The position numbers and the translations under genes are program-made. From Acidobacteriota bacterium (lineage in GTDB: Bacteria; Acidobacteriota; UBA6911; RPQK01; JAJDTT01), in NCBI GenBank assembly GCA_965263035.1, contig OZ253580.1, positions 6,080,001 through 6,144,000 of the forward strand: 64,000 nt of DNA, given 5' to 3'. How positions within the stretch are numbered: position 1 is the first letter of the stretch; each line of letters starts with the position of its first letter. Of the stretch, positions 1 to 10,521 are shown one piece after another. The notes under the pieces were generated by a model, which saw only the letters and a list, made by a program, of their open reading frames with translations, was not told where the DNA came from and searched no databases.

Positions 1-62
1 AAGGAAGGGGCCACGCCGATTGGCGCCGGTCCGAAACGTCCATCACAGGCGGCGATTCCGTG

Positions 63-1619
63 TCAGGATCGAGATCCTGGCCGCCAGACGGTAAGTCCCC
101 GCAGATCCCTGTCATGCCGGCTTCCGATCAGGAGGCTGACGAAATACGCCACTCCAAAGAGAAGGAGATTGGCGAACGCGCTCACCCAGAAGTTGTCGGG
201 GACGTGTGCGGACAGGCCGGGCAGGAGCTGCTTGCCGAGGGGAGTGCCCACGAACAGCCACCCTCCGACTGAGAGGACCGTGACCGCGGTGGCGGTCAGG
301 GCCGCCCGGCTGTCCACGCGCAAGGTGACCATCCCCACGACGAACAAGCTGAAGAGACCCCCTCCCAGGATCGAGAGGAACATTCTGGAAAGATCGTCCA
401 GGGTCTCGGAGACCCGGTAGAAGTGGATCGTACAGGCGGTGGTGATCATCACCACGCTGAAGAGCAAACTGACCAATCTTCCGACTTTCGCATAGTGATG
501 CGGTCCCCGATCCTTGACCCACAATCTTCGGTAGAAGTCGGTGGTGACGGTGGCCGCCGTGGCGTTGATGCTCGAATCTAGCGTCGACATGGCGGACGCG
601 AGCAGTCCGGTCAACACCAGCCCGGCCAAGCCGGCGGGGAGCTGAGTCAGGATGAATCTGGGAAATACGGCATCCGCTGGGAGCCCCTCCAGCCCGGTGT
701 TGGGAACCACCTTCACGAAGACGTATAGGGCCGTACCCAGAAACACGAAGTAGGTCCAGGTCGGCACCGCCAGGCAGCAGCCGATGATGGCGCCCCGGTA
801 GGCATCCTTGTCGCTCTTGGCGGCCGCGTAACGCTGGACGTTCGTCTGATCCGTGCCCGAGATCTGCAGCAGGATCATGAATTCGGCGACGATGTAGGCC
901 CAGACGGTCTTCCCGTGGAGGGTGAGGTCGGTGCTGCCCAAATCGAACTTGTTGTCGGCTTCGGCCACCTGCAACAACTCGGCAAAACCTCCCGGCAGTT
1001 GAGACACGATGATGGGCAGACACAGGAGTCCTCCCCCGATGAGGGCGATTCCTTGAAAGACGTCCGTCCAGATCACCGCCTGGAGCCCTCCCAGGATGGT
1101 GTAGGCGGAGACCAGGATCCCCGCGACGATGATGATCACGGGCAGCGAGTCCTCGTCCGTCCCCAGGATGGACCGGATCGCCAGGGAGACGGCGTAGAGC
1201 ACCAGTCCGGTCCGGAAAAAGTGGAAGAGCACGAAGGCGGCGGCCGCATAGATCCGGGCCCAGAGTCCGAATCTGAGTTCCAGGTACTCGTAGGCCGAGC
1301 GCACACGCGTCGCCCGGTAGAAGGGAATGAACAGATAGACGGCCACGAACACCGCCGGAATGTAGGTGAAGAGGGACAGGACATTGCGCCAATTGGCGTC
1401 GCCGAAGGCGAAAGCGGGAAGTCCCAGGAAGGTCAGAGAGCTGACGATGGTGGCCATCAGGGAGAAGCCCACGACCCAGCCCGGCATGGACCGGCCCGCC
1501 AGGAAGTAGCCTTCATCCGTCTGGCTGCGGCGGGAGCAGTGAATTCCGATGGCGACCAGCAACAGGAAACCGAGGCCGATGATGATCTGGTCGAGCAATC
1601 GGATGTTGAGTCCCGTCAT
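63..1619 (-). CDS. Sodium:solute symporter (SSS) family transporter
   Basis: 518 aa, many TM helices, SSS motifs YFLAGRS, YEYLELRFG, AVIWTD, ASAMSTLDS. Confidence 0.92.
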   Translation of the reverse strand: MTGLNIRLLDQIIIGLGFLLLVAIGIHCSRRSQTDEGYFLAGRSMPGWVVGFSLMATIVSSLTFLGLPAFAFGDANWRNVLSLFTYIPAVFVAVYLFIPFYRATRVRSAYEYLELRFGLWARIYAAAAFVLFHFFRTGLVLYAVSLAIRSILGTDEDSLPVIIIVAGILVSAYTILGGLQAVIWTDVFQGIALIGGGLLCLPIIVSQLPGGFAELLQVAEADNKFDLGSTDLTLHGKTVWAYIVAEFMILLQISGTDQTNVQRYAAAKSDKDAYRGAIIGCCLAVPTWTYFVFLGTALYVFVKVVPNTGLEGLPADAVFPRFILTQLPAGLAGLVLTGLLASAMSTLDSSINATAATVTTDFYRRLWVKDRGPHHYAKVGRLVSLLFSVVMITTACTIHFYRVSETLDDLSRMFLSILGGGLFSLFVVGMVTLRVDSRAALTATAVTVLSVGGWLFVGTPLGKQLLPGLSAHVPDNFWVSAFANLLLFGVAYFVSLLIGSRHDRDLRGLTVWRPGSRS

Positions 1620-1626
1620 GGTTTGG

Positions 1627-1793
1627 CTAGGAGTCTGCGCGGTAGAAATGATCGTAGCGAGAAAGTGGGGAATCGAGGCCAGATTTTCTCGATTTGGAGG
1701 TGCATAGTTGTTCTATTCGCCGAGAAATCGAGGAAATATGGACCGATTCTACCGCTTTCGCAGTAGATCAATTTCTGCGGCGCAGGCTCCTAG
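1627..1793 (+). mobile_element. MITE family A, copy 1 (159-bp core, flanked by CTAG on both sides)
   Basis: TIRs GAGTCTGCGC/GCGCAGGCTC; near-identical copies at 34623-34789 and 54711-54877; no ORF. Confidence 0.88.
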
Positions 1794-1890
1794 GAGGGGC
1801 GACTTTCTTGTCGCCCACTCCGGTCTTGTTCGCTCACGCCTCGGGGTTTCGTTACTCGGGAGTTCGGCGGCAAGAAATCCGCCGCCCCCA
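1791..1890. repeat. REP-like palindrome doublet
   Basis: TAGGAGGGGCGACTTTCTTGTCGCCC ... GGCGGCAAGAAATCCGCCGCCCCCA; same family as 26331, 26991, 28368, 33659 and 34875-35564. Confidence 0.7.
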
Positions 1891-1927
1891 TGCCTCCCCT
1901 ATTTCCGACTTGTAGGCGCAACCGTGG

Positions 1928-3466
1928 TTACTCTCCTCCGTGGGCCTGGAACCAGAATGCGTACAGGTCCGCCTCGCGCATATGGAAACGCAATCTTACG
2001 GATCGGCCTCGCAATGAATCCAGTTGAAAGGCCCGATTCCAGCGGATCATCTGACGGAGCCCGTCGGAGCGGATCGGAACGCAGTCTTCGGCGGAATAGC
2101 CGGGAAGAACGCGCCCCTCGGAATCCAGGAACTCGGCCCTCAGTTCCCCTTTTACATCGGCGTTCACGAACAACGATCCACCCGGCACGTGCAGAGTCCT
2201 GGTCGTGACCGTCCCCGGTTCCCGAGTCGCCGCCAGAGAGACGAAACCGTCCAGTCGAAGAGTCGCCAAGCCGATGGCCCGCTGCATCCGTCGCTCATCT
2301 TCGATCCAGCCCTCCTGCACCCGTTCCATCGCGTCCCGCCGGTACGGATGATTCCAAGCTCCGTAGTAGATCCAGATCTGGCCGTGACGGACGATGGGAG
2401 TGTTCAGGGAAACCATTTCAGAGTCCCACGTACCGGGTGCGCCGAGGCGGAACGCGACCCTCCCCGGAAAGATCCGCTGCCACCGAACGCCGTCCCGGCT
2501 GGTCGCCAGCTCGAAATGCGATTCCCGGCCTTTCCAGACCCAGAGCCAGGCGACGTAGTAGTGCTCGTAGATCAACGCCGGAAAGCCCTTGTAGTCCAGG
2601 TCCTCTCGCTCCGGAGCCAGGACCAGCTTCGGCTCGGACCACCGGAGAAAATCGTCGCTGGTGGAGCGAAAAATCGAGATCTGCGACTCCGCCGGGGAGG
2701 ATCCGGACGGATACATCCGAATGTAGACGACGTATTTTCCCGCGGCACGGTCCCAGCCCAACACGTTGGTTCCATTGCCTCCGGGACGCCAGGGATTGAG
2801 GTCCACATTGTGTTGCCAGTTTATTCCGTCCGGCGACGTCGCTTTGGTGATTCCCGCGAGTTGCCGGTAATCGGTCCGTGGCCAATCGCCGACGACGTCC
2901 GTATAGAGCATCTTGAAACGGCGTTGGGGATCCGGGTCCCGCGGGTCCCGGATGACGTTGGGCCGGCGCATCCAATGCTGTCCCCAGGGAAGGATGTTGT
3001 TTGCCCGGGAGCCGGCCCACTCCACCAATCCCAGATCGGGTTTCGTCCATCGGACTCCGTCTTCGGAAAAGGCGTAGCAGACCTTGTACCTCAGACCGCT
3101 GGGAACGGCGTCATCGAAGGTCGGAGCGAGGTACCAGGTCTTGAACAACCGGTCGTCATCGTCGTAGAGGATTCCACGACCATTCAGGTAGGCGGTCCAC
3201 TTCTCCCAGGGCTTGTCGCCGATGATCACCGGGTTTCCCGGCCAGCGTTGCGGTTCCTTGAGCAACCGCGAAACGTTCTCGGTGGAATCGATAACCCAGT
3301 CGTCCAGGAATAGCTGTTTCTGCCAGCCGACGGTGAGCACCGGCTCCTCTGAAGGCGCTGCGGACAGCCATGCCGTGGCTGTCAGGGCGGCAAGAAGGAC
3401 TGATAACGAGCCGTTTAATCCCATCATGCTCTTACGCATGAGTGTAAGCGCCTCAGGTGTGATCAA
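1928..3466 (-). CDS. Secreted glycoside-hydrolase-like beta-propeller protein (GH32/GH130-like)
   Basis: Signal peptide; KQLFLDD; Asp-box-like SEDGVRW, SPDGINW, SRDGVRW; LRLDGFVSL and C-terminal ADLYAF typical of this group. Confidence 0.7.
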   Translation of the reverse strand: MITPEALTLMRKSMMGLNGSLSVLLAALTATAWLSAAPSEEPVLTVGWQKQLFLDDWVIDSTENVSRLLKEPQRWPGNPVIIGDKPWEKWTAYLNGRGILYDDDDRLFKTWYLAPTFDDAVPSGLRYKVCYAFSEDGVRWTKPDLGLVEWAGSRANNILPWGQHWMRRPNVIRDPRDPDPQRRFKMLYTDVVGDWPRTDYRQLAGITKATSPDGINWQHNVDLNPWRPGGNGTNVLGWDRAAGKYVVYIRMYPSGSSPAESQISIFRSTSDDFLRWSEPKLVLAPEREDLDYKGFPALIYEHYYVAWLWVWKGRESHFELATSRDGVRWQRIFPGRVAFRLGAPGTWDSEMVSLNTPIVRHGQIWIYYGAWNHPYRRDAMERVQEGWIEDERRMQRAIGLATLRLDGFVSLAATREPGTVTTRTLHVPGGSLFVNADVKGELRAEFLDSEGRVLPGYSAEDCVPIRSDGLRQMIRWNRAFQLDSLRGRSVRLRFHMREADLYAFWFQAHGGE

Positions 3467-4635
3467 GATGTCGGCATCGCCTCACTTAACTGCCGAGCCA
3501 GTCCGACAAATGCTTTCTCCGCTTCTTCGATCGCGCCATCGTTAGTCGCAAACGCGAGAACAGTGTTCTTGGCGGGCAGCAACATCAGCAAGGCGTACCA
3601 GAGCGTGTTGCTGCCGTTGTGCCAGATCAAAGGACCGCCCGCCCATTCTCGCTTGTATCGGACCCAGCCGTGCGCATAGTTCTCGAGAAACGGCGTATGC
3701 AGGCGTTCCCAACTCTCCTGCGGTAGCAAGGATGTTGCAGTCCTGCTTTCTCCCTCGAGATGGATGGCGCCGTAACGCGCCAAGTCCCGGATGCTCAAAT
3801 GCAGCCCGCCGGCCGGTGCCATTACCGGCGTATTGTCAGCAGGCGATTCGAATGGATCGACGGCGAACCGAAACCACAGCAACTTCATATGACCGAGCGG
3901 TTCCTCGTTCGGCTTGCCGCCCTTCGGCGGGCCAAATCCAGCGCTCTTCAGTTCCAGTGGAGTGAACACCTTCTGCGCAATCAAGGCTTCGTACGGGACA
4001 CCGGCGATGGCCTCGGAGATATGGCCGACGATGGTGTAACCAACGTTGGAATAGGCGAAACGCTTGCCACACGAGGATTCCGGTTCCTCCGCGAGGATGT
4101 CGGAGATGAATCGGCGTCTCGCGGCGACGAGTTCTTCCGCGCTGTCCGGCCACACCTGCAGCACCTTCCAAGAAAAGTTGGCGGGCGCTCCGGCGGTGTG
4201 AGTCAGCAGGTGTTGCAGCGTGCAGGGACGCCAACCGTCGGCCATCTCGATCTCGGGCAACAGATCAGGCAACGGCGTGTCGACCGACAGCCGCCCCTCG
4301 TGTTCCAGAACCGCAATCAACGTAGCCGTCATCGACTTGGCGATCGAGCCGGCGTGCCAGCGGTCGTCTACGGTCACCTCAATGCCCGTGCCCCGTCGGC
4401 GTTCGCCGCTGACGGCCACACCATTGAACCGGCCATCGGTGATCACGGCGGCGGCGACGCCGGTCAGACCCGTCTCGGATCGAAGTTGCCGGATGCTGGA
4501 CTCCAGAACCGTTTGGAAGTCTCCGGCGGACCAGTCGACAGTGACCTCCTCTGAACTGGAACAAGCGGTCGTCAACGCGATGATTGCCGTCGCGAGGCCG
4601 TTTGCGACCGAAAGGCAGAGGCGGCGGATTCCCAT
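3463..4635 (-). CDS. Serine hydrolase, beta-lactamase/AmpC-like family, probable lipoprotein
   Basis: SxxK (GSIAK), LLTHTAG, YSN, HNGS motifs; lipobox-like TTAC. Confidence 0.88.
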   Translation of the reverse strand: MGIRRLCLSVANGLATAIIALTTACSSSEEVTVDWSAGDFQTVLESSIRQLRSETGLTGVAAAVITDGRFNGVAVSGERRRGTGIEVTVDDRWHAGSIAKSMTATLIAVLEHEGRLSVDTPLPDLLPEIEMADGWRPCTLQHLLTHTAGAPANFSWKVLQVWPDSAEELVAARRRFISDILAEEPESSCGKRFAYSNVGYTIVGHISEAIAGVPYEALIAQKVFTPLELKSAGFGPPKGGKPNEEPLGHMKLLWFRFAVDPFESPADNTPVMAPAGGLHLSIRDLARYGAIHLEGESRTATSLLPQESWERLHTPFLENYAHGWVRYKREWAGGPLIWHNGSNTLWYALLMLLPAKNTVLAFATNDGAIEEAEKAFVGLARQLSEAMPTS

Positions 4636-4705
4636 ATCTTCCTGAGAATCGCTATTCTAGACGGAATTGCTCTCCGCTTCCCCGATGATAAAGGCATCCG
4701 ACATC

Positions 4706-6373
4706 ATGAGAAGGCCATCCAGATCTCGGCTGATTCTCATCGCGATCGCCATCCTAGCTCTGATTGCCTCCCTGTGGCTCATCTGGGACCGACCACCCGA
4801 CGTTGCCTCTCACACAGAGAATTTCACTCCGCAGATCACCAGCGACAACGAAGCACTTGATGTGGTCTCGGCGCGCAAGAGAGACACCGGGCGAAAGCAG
4901 ATAAGGCTCGAAGCCTCGAGTTCGGCAGCTTTGGAGGAATCAGCAGCGATTCCAGACAGGCGCTGGCCGTCTGTTGGCACAGAGAAGCGACGGGCTGTGC
5001 AATCGATCATCGCCGGCATCGTCGCGAACAGCCAGGATGATGCTCCCATACAAGACGCACGCGTCACGCTATCTACGGCTGGCAGCGAGGAGGTACGGCT
5101 CGAAGCCGTCAGCGGTCACGACGGCAGGTTCCAGATGACCATCCGCGGATCAGGACGATACACGCTCCGTGCCCAGGCGAACGGCTTCCGGCCCTATTTC
5201 ACCGACGGGATACTCATTACGCCTGCTGAGGGAAGCCTTAATAAGAACATCCTGATGACACCGCAGATGGAACTTAGGGGCAGAGTCGTAGACCGGCACT
5301 CCCGAGGGATCGCTGGAGCGCCAGTCTGGCTCCGGGATGTGACCCGTAGACCGTTTGATAAGAAATCCAAGGTGCAGAGTGACAAATCAGGCCGTTTTCT
5401 GATGGCCGAGACACCTGTCTCCGGAACTTACTTCGCCGAGACCGCGCATCCTGAGTATGAACTTGATTCTGGTGTTCCTGTCACACTGCCCGAGGACGAC
5501 GAGGTGGTCATCACGATGCGCCGAGTGCCGGATCCGCTATTGGCCTCCGTATCTGGTCATGTTTGGGATTCGGACGGGCAACCCATTCATGGGGCACGCG
5601 TCAAATTAATTGAAGTTGAACCAGGCAGTCGGCTTTTGAACTATCTTGGAGACTCGTCGACAGACCCGACGGGCCGCTTTTTCTTTTCCAGAGTTCGTTG
5701 GGGTACATATTCGATAGGTGCGGAAGCCGGAGATTACGTCCACGGGAGGAAGGCATTAAAAGTTGAATCAAGTCAAGAATATGAAATCGATCTGGTTCTG
5801 AAAAGTGGGACGATAGTCCAAGGTGTCGTTGTCGACACGGAAGGTCTGCCCGTTGCCACAGCAGGCGTACATGTAACAATCGTAAAGGGAACAGGAGGAT
5901 CAGTTATTGGTGTTTTTACTCCCTCTGACGGCACTTTCAATATTCCAAAAGTTCCCCATGGAAGACACAGGATACAGGTGACCCATCGCGATTACGTTAT
6001 CTATGAATTCGCATTGGTGACGCCTACAGACGAATTCCTCACCGTCACCCTGCAGCCGGGACTCTCGTTGACCGGCTACGTCATGGATAAAAACAATGAA
6101 CAGATAAGAGAATTCTCCCTTCGACTGTCCCCAGCCAGTCGCCAACACGACGTAGCCGCCTACCCCTTCGAGTCAAAGACCGCAGACGTCTCCTCATCGG
6201 ACGGTTATTTCCGCATCAACGGTCTGGCACCCCAGACATATATTCTCTCTCTGCACCCGCCGAACGCAGAAAGCTTGGAGACTCTTCTCGAACTCTTGGA
6301 ATCGACGAGCGTCACCATCGTGCTCGACCCGTCAGACTCGGACTCACCCATTCAGATTCGCAAGTCCCGGTAG
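4706..6373 (+). CDS. Membrane-anchored protein with multiple carboxypeptidase-regulatory-like (Ig) domains, paralog 1
   Basis: N-terminal TM helix; repeated GxVxD..G.P..GA.V motifs; paralog at 18284-19975; start chosen at MRRPSR. Confidence 0.8.
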   Translation: MRRPSRSRLILIAIAILALIASLWLIWDRPPDVASHTENFTPQITSDNEALDVVSARKRDTGRKQIRLEASSSAALEESAAIPDRRWPSVGTEKRRAVQSIIAGIVANSQDDAPIQDARVTLSTAGSEEVRLEAVSGHDGRFQMTIRGSGRYTLRAQANGFRPYFTDGILITPAEGSLNKNILMTPQMELRGRVVDRHSRGIAGAPVWLRDVTRRPFDKKSKVQSDKSGRFLMAETPVSGTYFAETAHPEYELDSGVPVTLPEDDEVVITMRRVPDPLLASVSGHVWDSDGQPIHGARVKLIEVEPGSRLLNYLGDSSTDPTGRFFFSRVRWGTYSIGAEAGDYVHGRKALKVESSQEYEIDLVLKSGTIVQGVVVDTEGLPVATAGVHVTIVKGTGGSVIGVFTPSDGTFNIPKVPHGRHRIQVTHRDYVIYEFALVTPTDEFLTVTLQPGLSLTGYVMDKNNEQIREFSLRLSPASRQHDVAAYPFESKTADVSSSDGYFRINGLAPQTYILSLHPPNAESLETLLELLESTSVTIVLDPSDSDSPIQIRKSR

Positions 6374-6521
6374 ACATCGGGGTCTACGGGACGGAAACCG
6401 GCGGTAATACGACTCGTCGTGAGGCACCAGCCGTCCTTGGATTCCTTGCCCTGGGCCGTCCGCCATCGCTACACTTCCGGGCATCGGTGGAGAGCCCGCG
6501 GGTTCGAAACCGACTTCAGCC

Positions 6522-9500
6522 ATGAAGAGTCTATCGGCAAGCTTGAGCGCCGGAACTGCACTATCGGTCTGCCTGACCGCTGCTCTGGCCTTGCCTACTG
6601 ATCCCGCCTCGCTCGAATTCTTCGAAAAAGAGATCCGTCCCCTGCTGGCCAACCACTGCTACGAATGCCACAGCGCCCAGACGGCGACGCCCTTCGCCGG
6701 ACTGCGCCTGGACCGGCGTGAAGACCTGATCAAGGGAGGCGTATCGGGCCCGACCGTCGTTCCCGGCAAGCCGGACGAGAGCCCCTTGATCCATCGCGTC
6801 CAGGGACGGCCGGCACTGATGCCGCCCGCCGGAGCGCTTTCGGACGCGCAGATCCAGTCCCTCATCGAATGGGTGAAGATGGGAGCCCCTTGGACCGATC
6901 CCGCGGCGACCTCGGCGGATTCGAGCGAGGCATTCCATCTGGAAGCCCGAAAGCGCAGCCACTGGGCCTGGCAACCGGTCCGATCCGTCCCGCCGCCGGC
7001 GGTGACCGACACCAGTTGGCCGTACCAGCCCCTGGACCGGTTCATCCTGGCCCGATTGGAGCAGGAAGGGTTGCAACCGGCGCCGGCGGCGGACCGGCAC
7101 ACACTGATCCGGCGCCTTTCCTACGACCTGAGAGGACTCCCACCCCTCCCCGGAGAGGTCCAGGCCTTCGTCGGCGACTCCTCTCCACGGGCCTACGAAA
7201 ACCTGGTGGACGAATTCCTGGACTCGCCCCAATTTGGCGAGCACTGGGCTCGCCACTGGATGGACCTGGTCCGCTACAGCGAGTCCCACGGGAGCGAAGG
7301 CGATCCCGACACTCCATCCGCGTGGCGTTACCGCGACTACCTGATCCGGGCCCTGAACGCCGACGTCCCTTACGACCAGCTCATCCGGGAACATATGGCG
7401 GGCGACCTGATTCCCTACCCCAGGATGAACTCGTCTCTTGGAATCAACGAATCCCTCGTGGGCACCGCCCACTTCCGCATGGTGGAGCACGGGTACCAGC
7501 CGGTGGACCCGTTGGAAGACCGGATCAAGTGGACCGACAACCAGGTCGACGTCGTCTCCAAGGCGTTTCAAGGACTCACCATCTCCTGTGCCCGCTGCCA
7601 CGACCACAAGTTCGACGCCATCAGCCAGGAGGACTACTACGCCCTCTACGGAGTGCTCTACGGCGCCCGGCCCACCCAGAGGGCCATCGACGACCCGGAG
7701 CGCCTCGATTACGGCCGGCTCGAACTCGTGGACCTCAAGGAGGAGGTCCGCTGGGAACTGGCCAAGAGCTGGATCCGGGAGGCGTCCGCCTTCGGTTCGC
7801 GGTTGGCGGAGACACCGTACGAAGACTTCGCCGACCCGCCGGACACCCCGTGTGAGTCGGAAGAGTCTCGGGCCAAGGCCGGTGAACCGGCTGCTGCTGA
7901 CGCCACGGGAGCCCCTGCCGAAACCGCTGAGCCTAAAGCCGCCAACACAACGGCGTCAGCCGCCGAGCAGGCGCTGGCAGGTGCGCTGCAGGAGGCGCGA
8001 TGCAATCCCGCCAGTCCCCTGGCGGCCTGGGTTCGCCTGGCGGGCCGGCCGGGTGACGAGTTTCTCCCGGAATGGACCGCCTTGAATCAGGAATGGGATA
8101 CCAGGACCCGCAACGACAAATCTTTCAACCGGGACCACTTCCAGGTCCGCTGGGATCTGGCCGGGCCCGACTACCTGGAGTGGATCGGTCACGGCGCGGG
8201 TCTTCCCCCGGAACCGTCCCCTCCCGGCGATTTCGCCGTGAACGCCGACGGGAAACGGATTCTCAACGGCATCTATCCCGGAGGGGTCTACACCCACCTC
8301 CTGTCCAACAAGCACAACGGCGTGGTCCAGTCGCCCCGATTCACCATCGACAGCAATTTCATCAGTCTGCGCGTGCTGGGCTCCGACTTCGGTTTCGCCC
8401 AACTGATCGTGGAGAACTACGCCGTTCCCCGGGGTGGCATCTATCACATGCAGCACATCCCCGAATCGGACCGGATGGAGTGGGTTCAGTGGGACGTCGA
8501 ATACTGGAAGGGTTTTTCCGCCTATATCGAGCTGGCCACTCGGGACGACGCCGCGAGGGTCGAGACCCAGCCGGAGCAGCGCACGGATGGACGTTCCGCC
8601 ATCGGCGCCAGCCGGATCCTGTTTCACGAAACGAAGGAAACCCCCAGAGAGAGCCGCGCCCCGATTCTTTATCTGCTGCGGGGAAATGCGCCGCGGTCGG
8701 CCGACGATCTGGCGCGTCGAACGGTCCGCCGCTTGGTGGAGGCCATCGAAGCGTGGCGAAACGGCAGCGCGTCCGAGCTCCAAGCCGCGTATCTGGACGC
8801 GTTCGTCCGGTCCGACCTGCTGCCCCGTTCCCTGGATCGGCTCCCCTCCCTAAACCCGCTCCTGACTCAATACCGGGAAGTGGAGGCCCAAGTGCCGGTT
8901 CCGCGGCGGGCTCCTTCCGTCCTGGACGAAGCGGCTCCGGATCATCCATTTCTGGTGCGCGGCGACCAGGATGCCCGCGGGGAACCGGTGCCCAGACGCT
9001 ATCTCGCTGCCCTGGGCAGCGCTCCCTACTCCGATCCCGGACGGGTTCGGCTGGGGCTCGCCCACGACCTCGCCTCACCCGACAATCCCCTTACCGCCCG
9101 GGTGATGGTCAACCGCATCTGGCGGTACCTGTTCGGATACGGCATCGTCCGCACCACCGACAACTTCGGCAAGCTGGGCGACGCGCCGACGCACCCGAAG
9201 CTGCTGGATCATCTGGCCGCCCGCTTCATTGAGGAGGGCTACTCCATCAAGAGCATGGTGCGCCGGCTGGCCACGTCCCAGACTTACCGCATGAGCAGCC
9301 GGGCCTCCGCCGAGGCGTTCCGGGTGGACCCCGCCAACCGTCTCCTCCAGCATGCCAACCTGAGACGGCTCGAAGCCGAAGAGATCCGCGACGCCATGTT
9401 GCGCGTCTCCGGCAGCCTGGACCCGACCCTCTACGGCCGCTCCATCCCCGTCTATCACCAAATCAGAAAAGGCAAGAGCAAAGGGATCACCCCGCCCGGC

Positions 9501-9926
9501 CCCCTGGACGGAGCCGGGAGGCGCAGCGTCTACCAGGAGATTCGGCGAAATCCCTACAACCCTTTTTTGGAGGCCTTCGGTCTGCCCAAGCCCGCCAGCA
9601 CCCGGGGACAACGAGACCTGACCAACGTCCCGGCCCAATCCCTGACCCTGCTCAACAGCCCCTTCGTCTGGCATCAGGCCGAAGCGTGGGGCAAGCATCT
9701 GGCGGCCGGGGAGGGCAACACCGTCTCCTCCCGTATCCGGCACATGTTCCTCAAGGCTCTGGGCCGGGAGCCCTCCGCCCACGAAGCGTCCCGCGCCGAG
9801 GCGTTCCTCGCCACCGTCATACGCCAGCGGAAGACTCGGGAGCATCTGGTCCTCACCGACCACCGGGTCTGGACCGACCTCGCCCACGCCCTCTTCAATC
9901 TGAAGAGCTTCATCTACCTGCAATAG
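6522..9926 (+). CDS. Planctomycete-type cytochrome c / DUF1549 / DUF1553 protein, paralog 1
   Basis: CYECH and CARCHDHKFD haem motifs, HWAW, RVMVNRIW, RRLEAEEIRDAML. Confidence 0.92.
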   Translation: MKSLSASLSAGTALSVCLTAALALPTDPASLEFFEKEIRPLLANHCYECHSAQTATPFAGLRLDRREDLIKGGVSGPTVVPGKPDESPLIHRVQGRPALMPPAGALSDAQIQSLIEWVKMGAPWTDPAATSADSSEAFHLEARKRSHWAWQPVRSVPPPAVTDTSWPYQPLDRFILARLEQEGLQPAPAADRHTLIRRLSYDLRGLPPLPGEVQAFVGDSSPRAYENLVDEFLDSPQFGEHWARHWMDLVRYSESHGSEGDPDTPSAWRYRDYLIRALNADVPYDQLIREHMAGDLIPYPRMNSSLGINESLVGTAHFRMVEHGYQPVDPLEDRIKWTDNQVDVVSKAFQGLTISCARCHDHKFDAISQEDYYALYGVLYGARPTQRAIDDPERLDYGRLELVDLKEEVRWELAKSWIREASAFGSRLAETPYEDFADPPDTPCESEESRAKAGEPAAADATGAPAETAEPKAANTTASAAEQALAGALQEARCNPASPLAAWVRLAGRPGDEFLPEWTALNQEWDTRTRNDKSFNRDHFQVRWDLAGPDYLEWIGHGAGLPPEPSPPGDFAVNADGKRILNGIYPGGVYTHLLSNKHNGVVQSPRFTIDSNFISLRVLGSDFGFAQLIVENYAVPRGGIYHMQHIPESDRMEWVQWDVEYWKGFSAYIELATRDDAARVETQPEQRTDGRSAIGASRILFHETKETPRESRAPILYLLRGNAPRSADDLARRTVRRLVEAIEAWRNGSASELQAAYLDAFVRSDLLPRSLDRLPSLNPLLTQYREVEAQVPVPRRAPSVLDEAAPDHPFLVRGDQDARGEPVPRRYLAALGSAPYSDPGRVRLGLAHDLASPDNPLTARVMVNRIWRYLFGYGIVRTTDNFGKLGDAPTHPKLLDHLAARFIEEGYSIKSMVRRLATSQTYRMSSRASAEAFRVDPANRLLQHANLRRLEAEEIRDAMLRVSGSLDPTLYGRSIPVYHQIRKGKSKGITPPGPLDGAGRRSVYQEIRRNPYNPFLEAFGLPKPASTRGQRDLTNVPAQSLTLLNSPFVWHQAEAWGKHLAAGEGNTVSSRIRHMFLKALGREPSAHEASRAEAFLATVIRQRKTREHLVLTDHRVWTDLAHALFNLKSFIYLQ

Positions 9927-10521
9927 CCGGCGTACGACCGGCGTCATCCGCGGGAGAGGACCGCAGCGTTCCGCACGAGCCGCGTCCGGACATGCGTGGG
10001 ACAGGAGTATGCCCAAGAATCGGGGAGCAATCTACGAAAGCGATTGATAACAGGAGAGTAAAACGATCTGACAAATAGACTGTCGTTTCTTATTCCAGAT
10101 CCTGCCGAAATACACCGACAAGGGGCTTCTAATTGCAGTTTGAGAAGAAGAATCCGCTACGTTCTATAGGCCTAGCCATCGACGCTTTCGAGCAATAGCA
10201 TGTGCCTTGTATGATCGTATAAAGTTAACAACGTCGAGCCCAGATTATTCACCACGCAAACATAAAATGAGCAAGCGTGCCCGTCATGTCGAGTCGGATC
10301 AGAGGGTTACCGGATACCCACAGAAAACGGCTGAGACCCGACCTGGGTGAAACGCTATCTTTGTTTTCAACGTCGGTTTAAACTCAGGATTCAAGGGGGG
10401 CCGAAAGCCAAGAAATTCCACGGTTTTCGTCCCCTCCAAGGGCGGCATAAAGAGGCGGCGTGCCCGTCATTTGTGGTATGATTATAGTGCTAAGAAACAA
10501 CCACAATAAACGGAGCACGCC

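Noticed and set aside
6485-6520. GGGTTCGAAACC resembling a tRNA T-loop (also near 20090)
   Set aside because: No 5-bp T stem or cloverleaf; it recurs only because the module is duplicated
10478-10499. Invertible segment explaining the loop difference between IS copies
   Set aside because: The reverse complement of the copy 1 loop does not match the loop in copies 2 and 3
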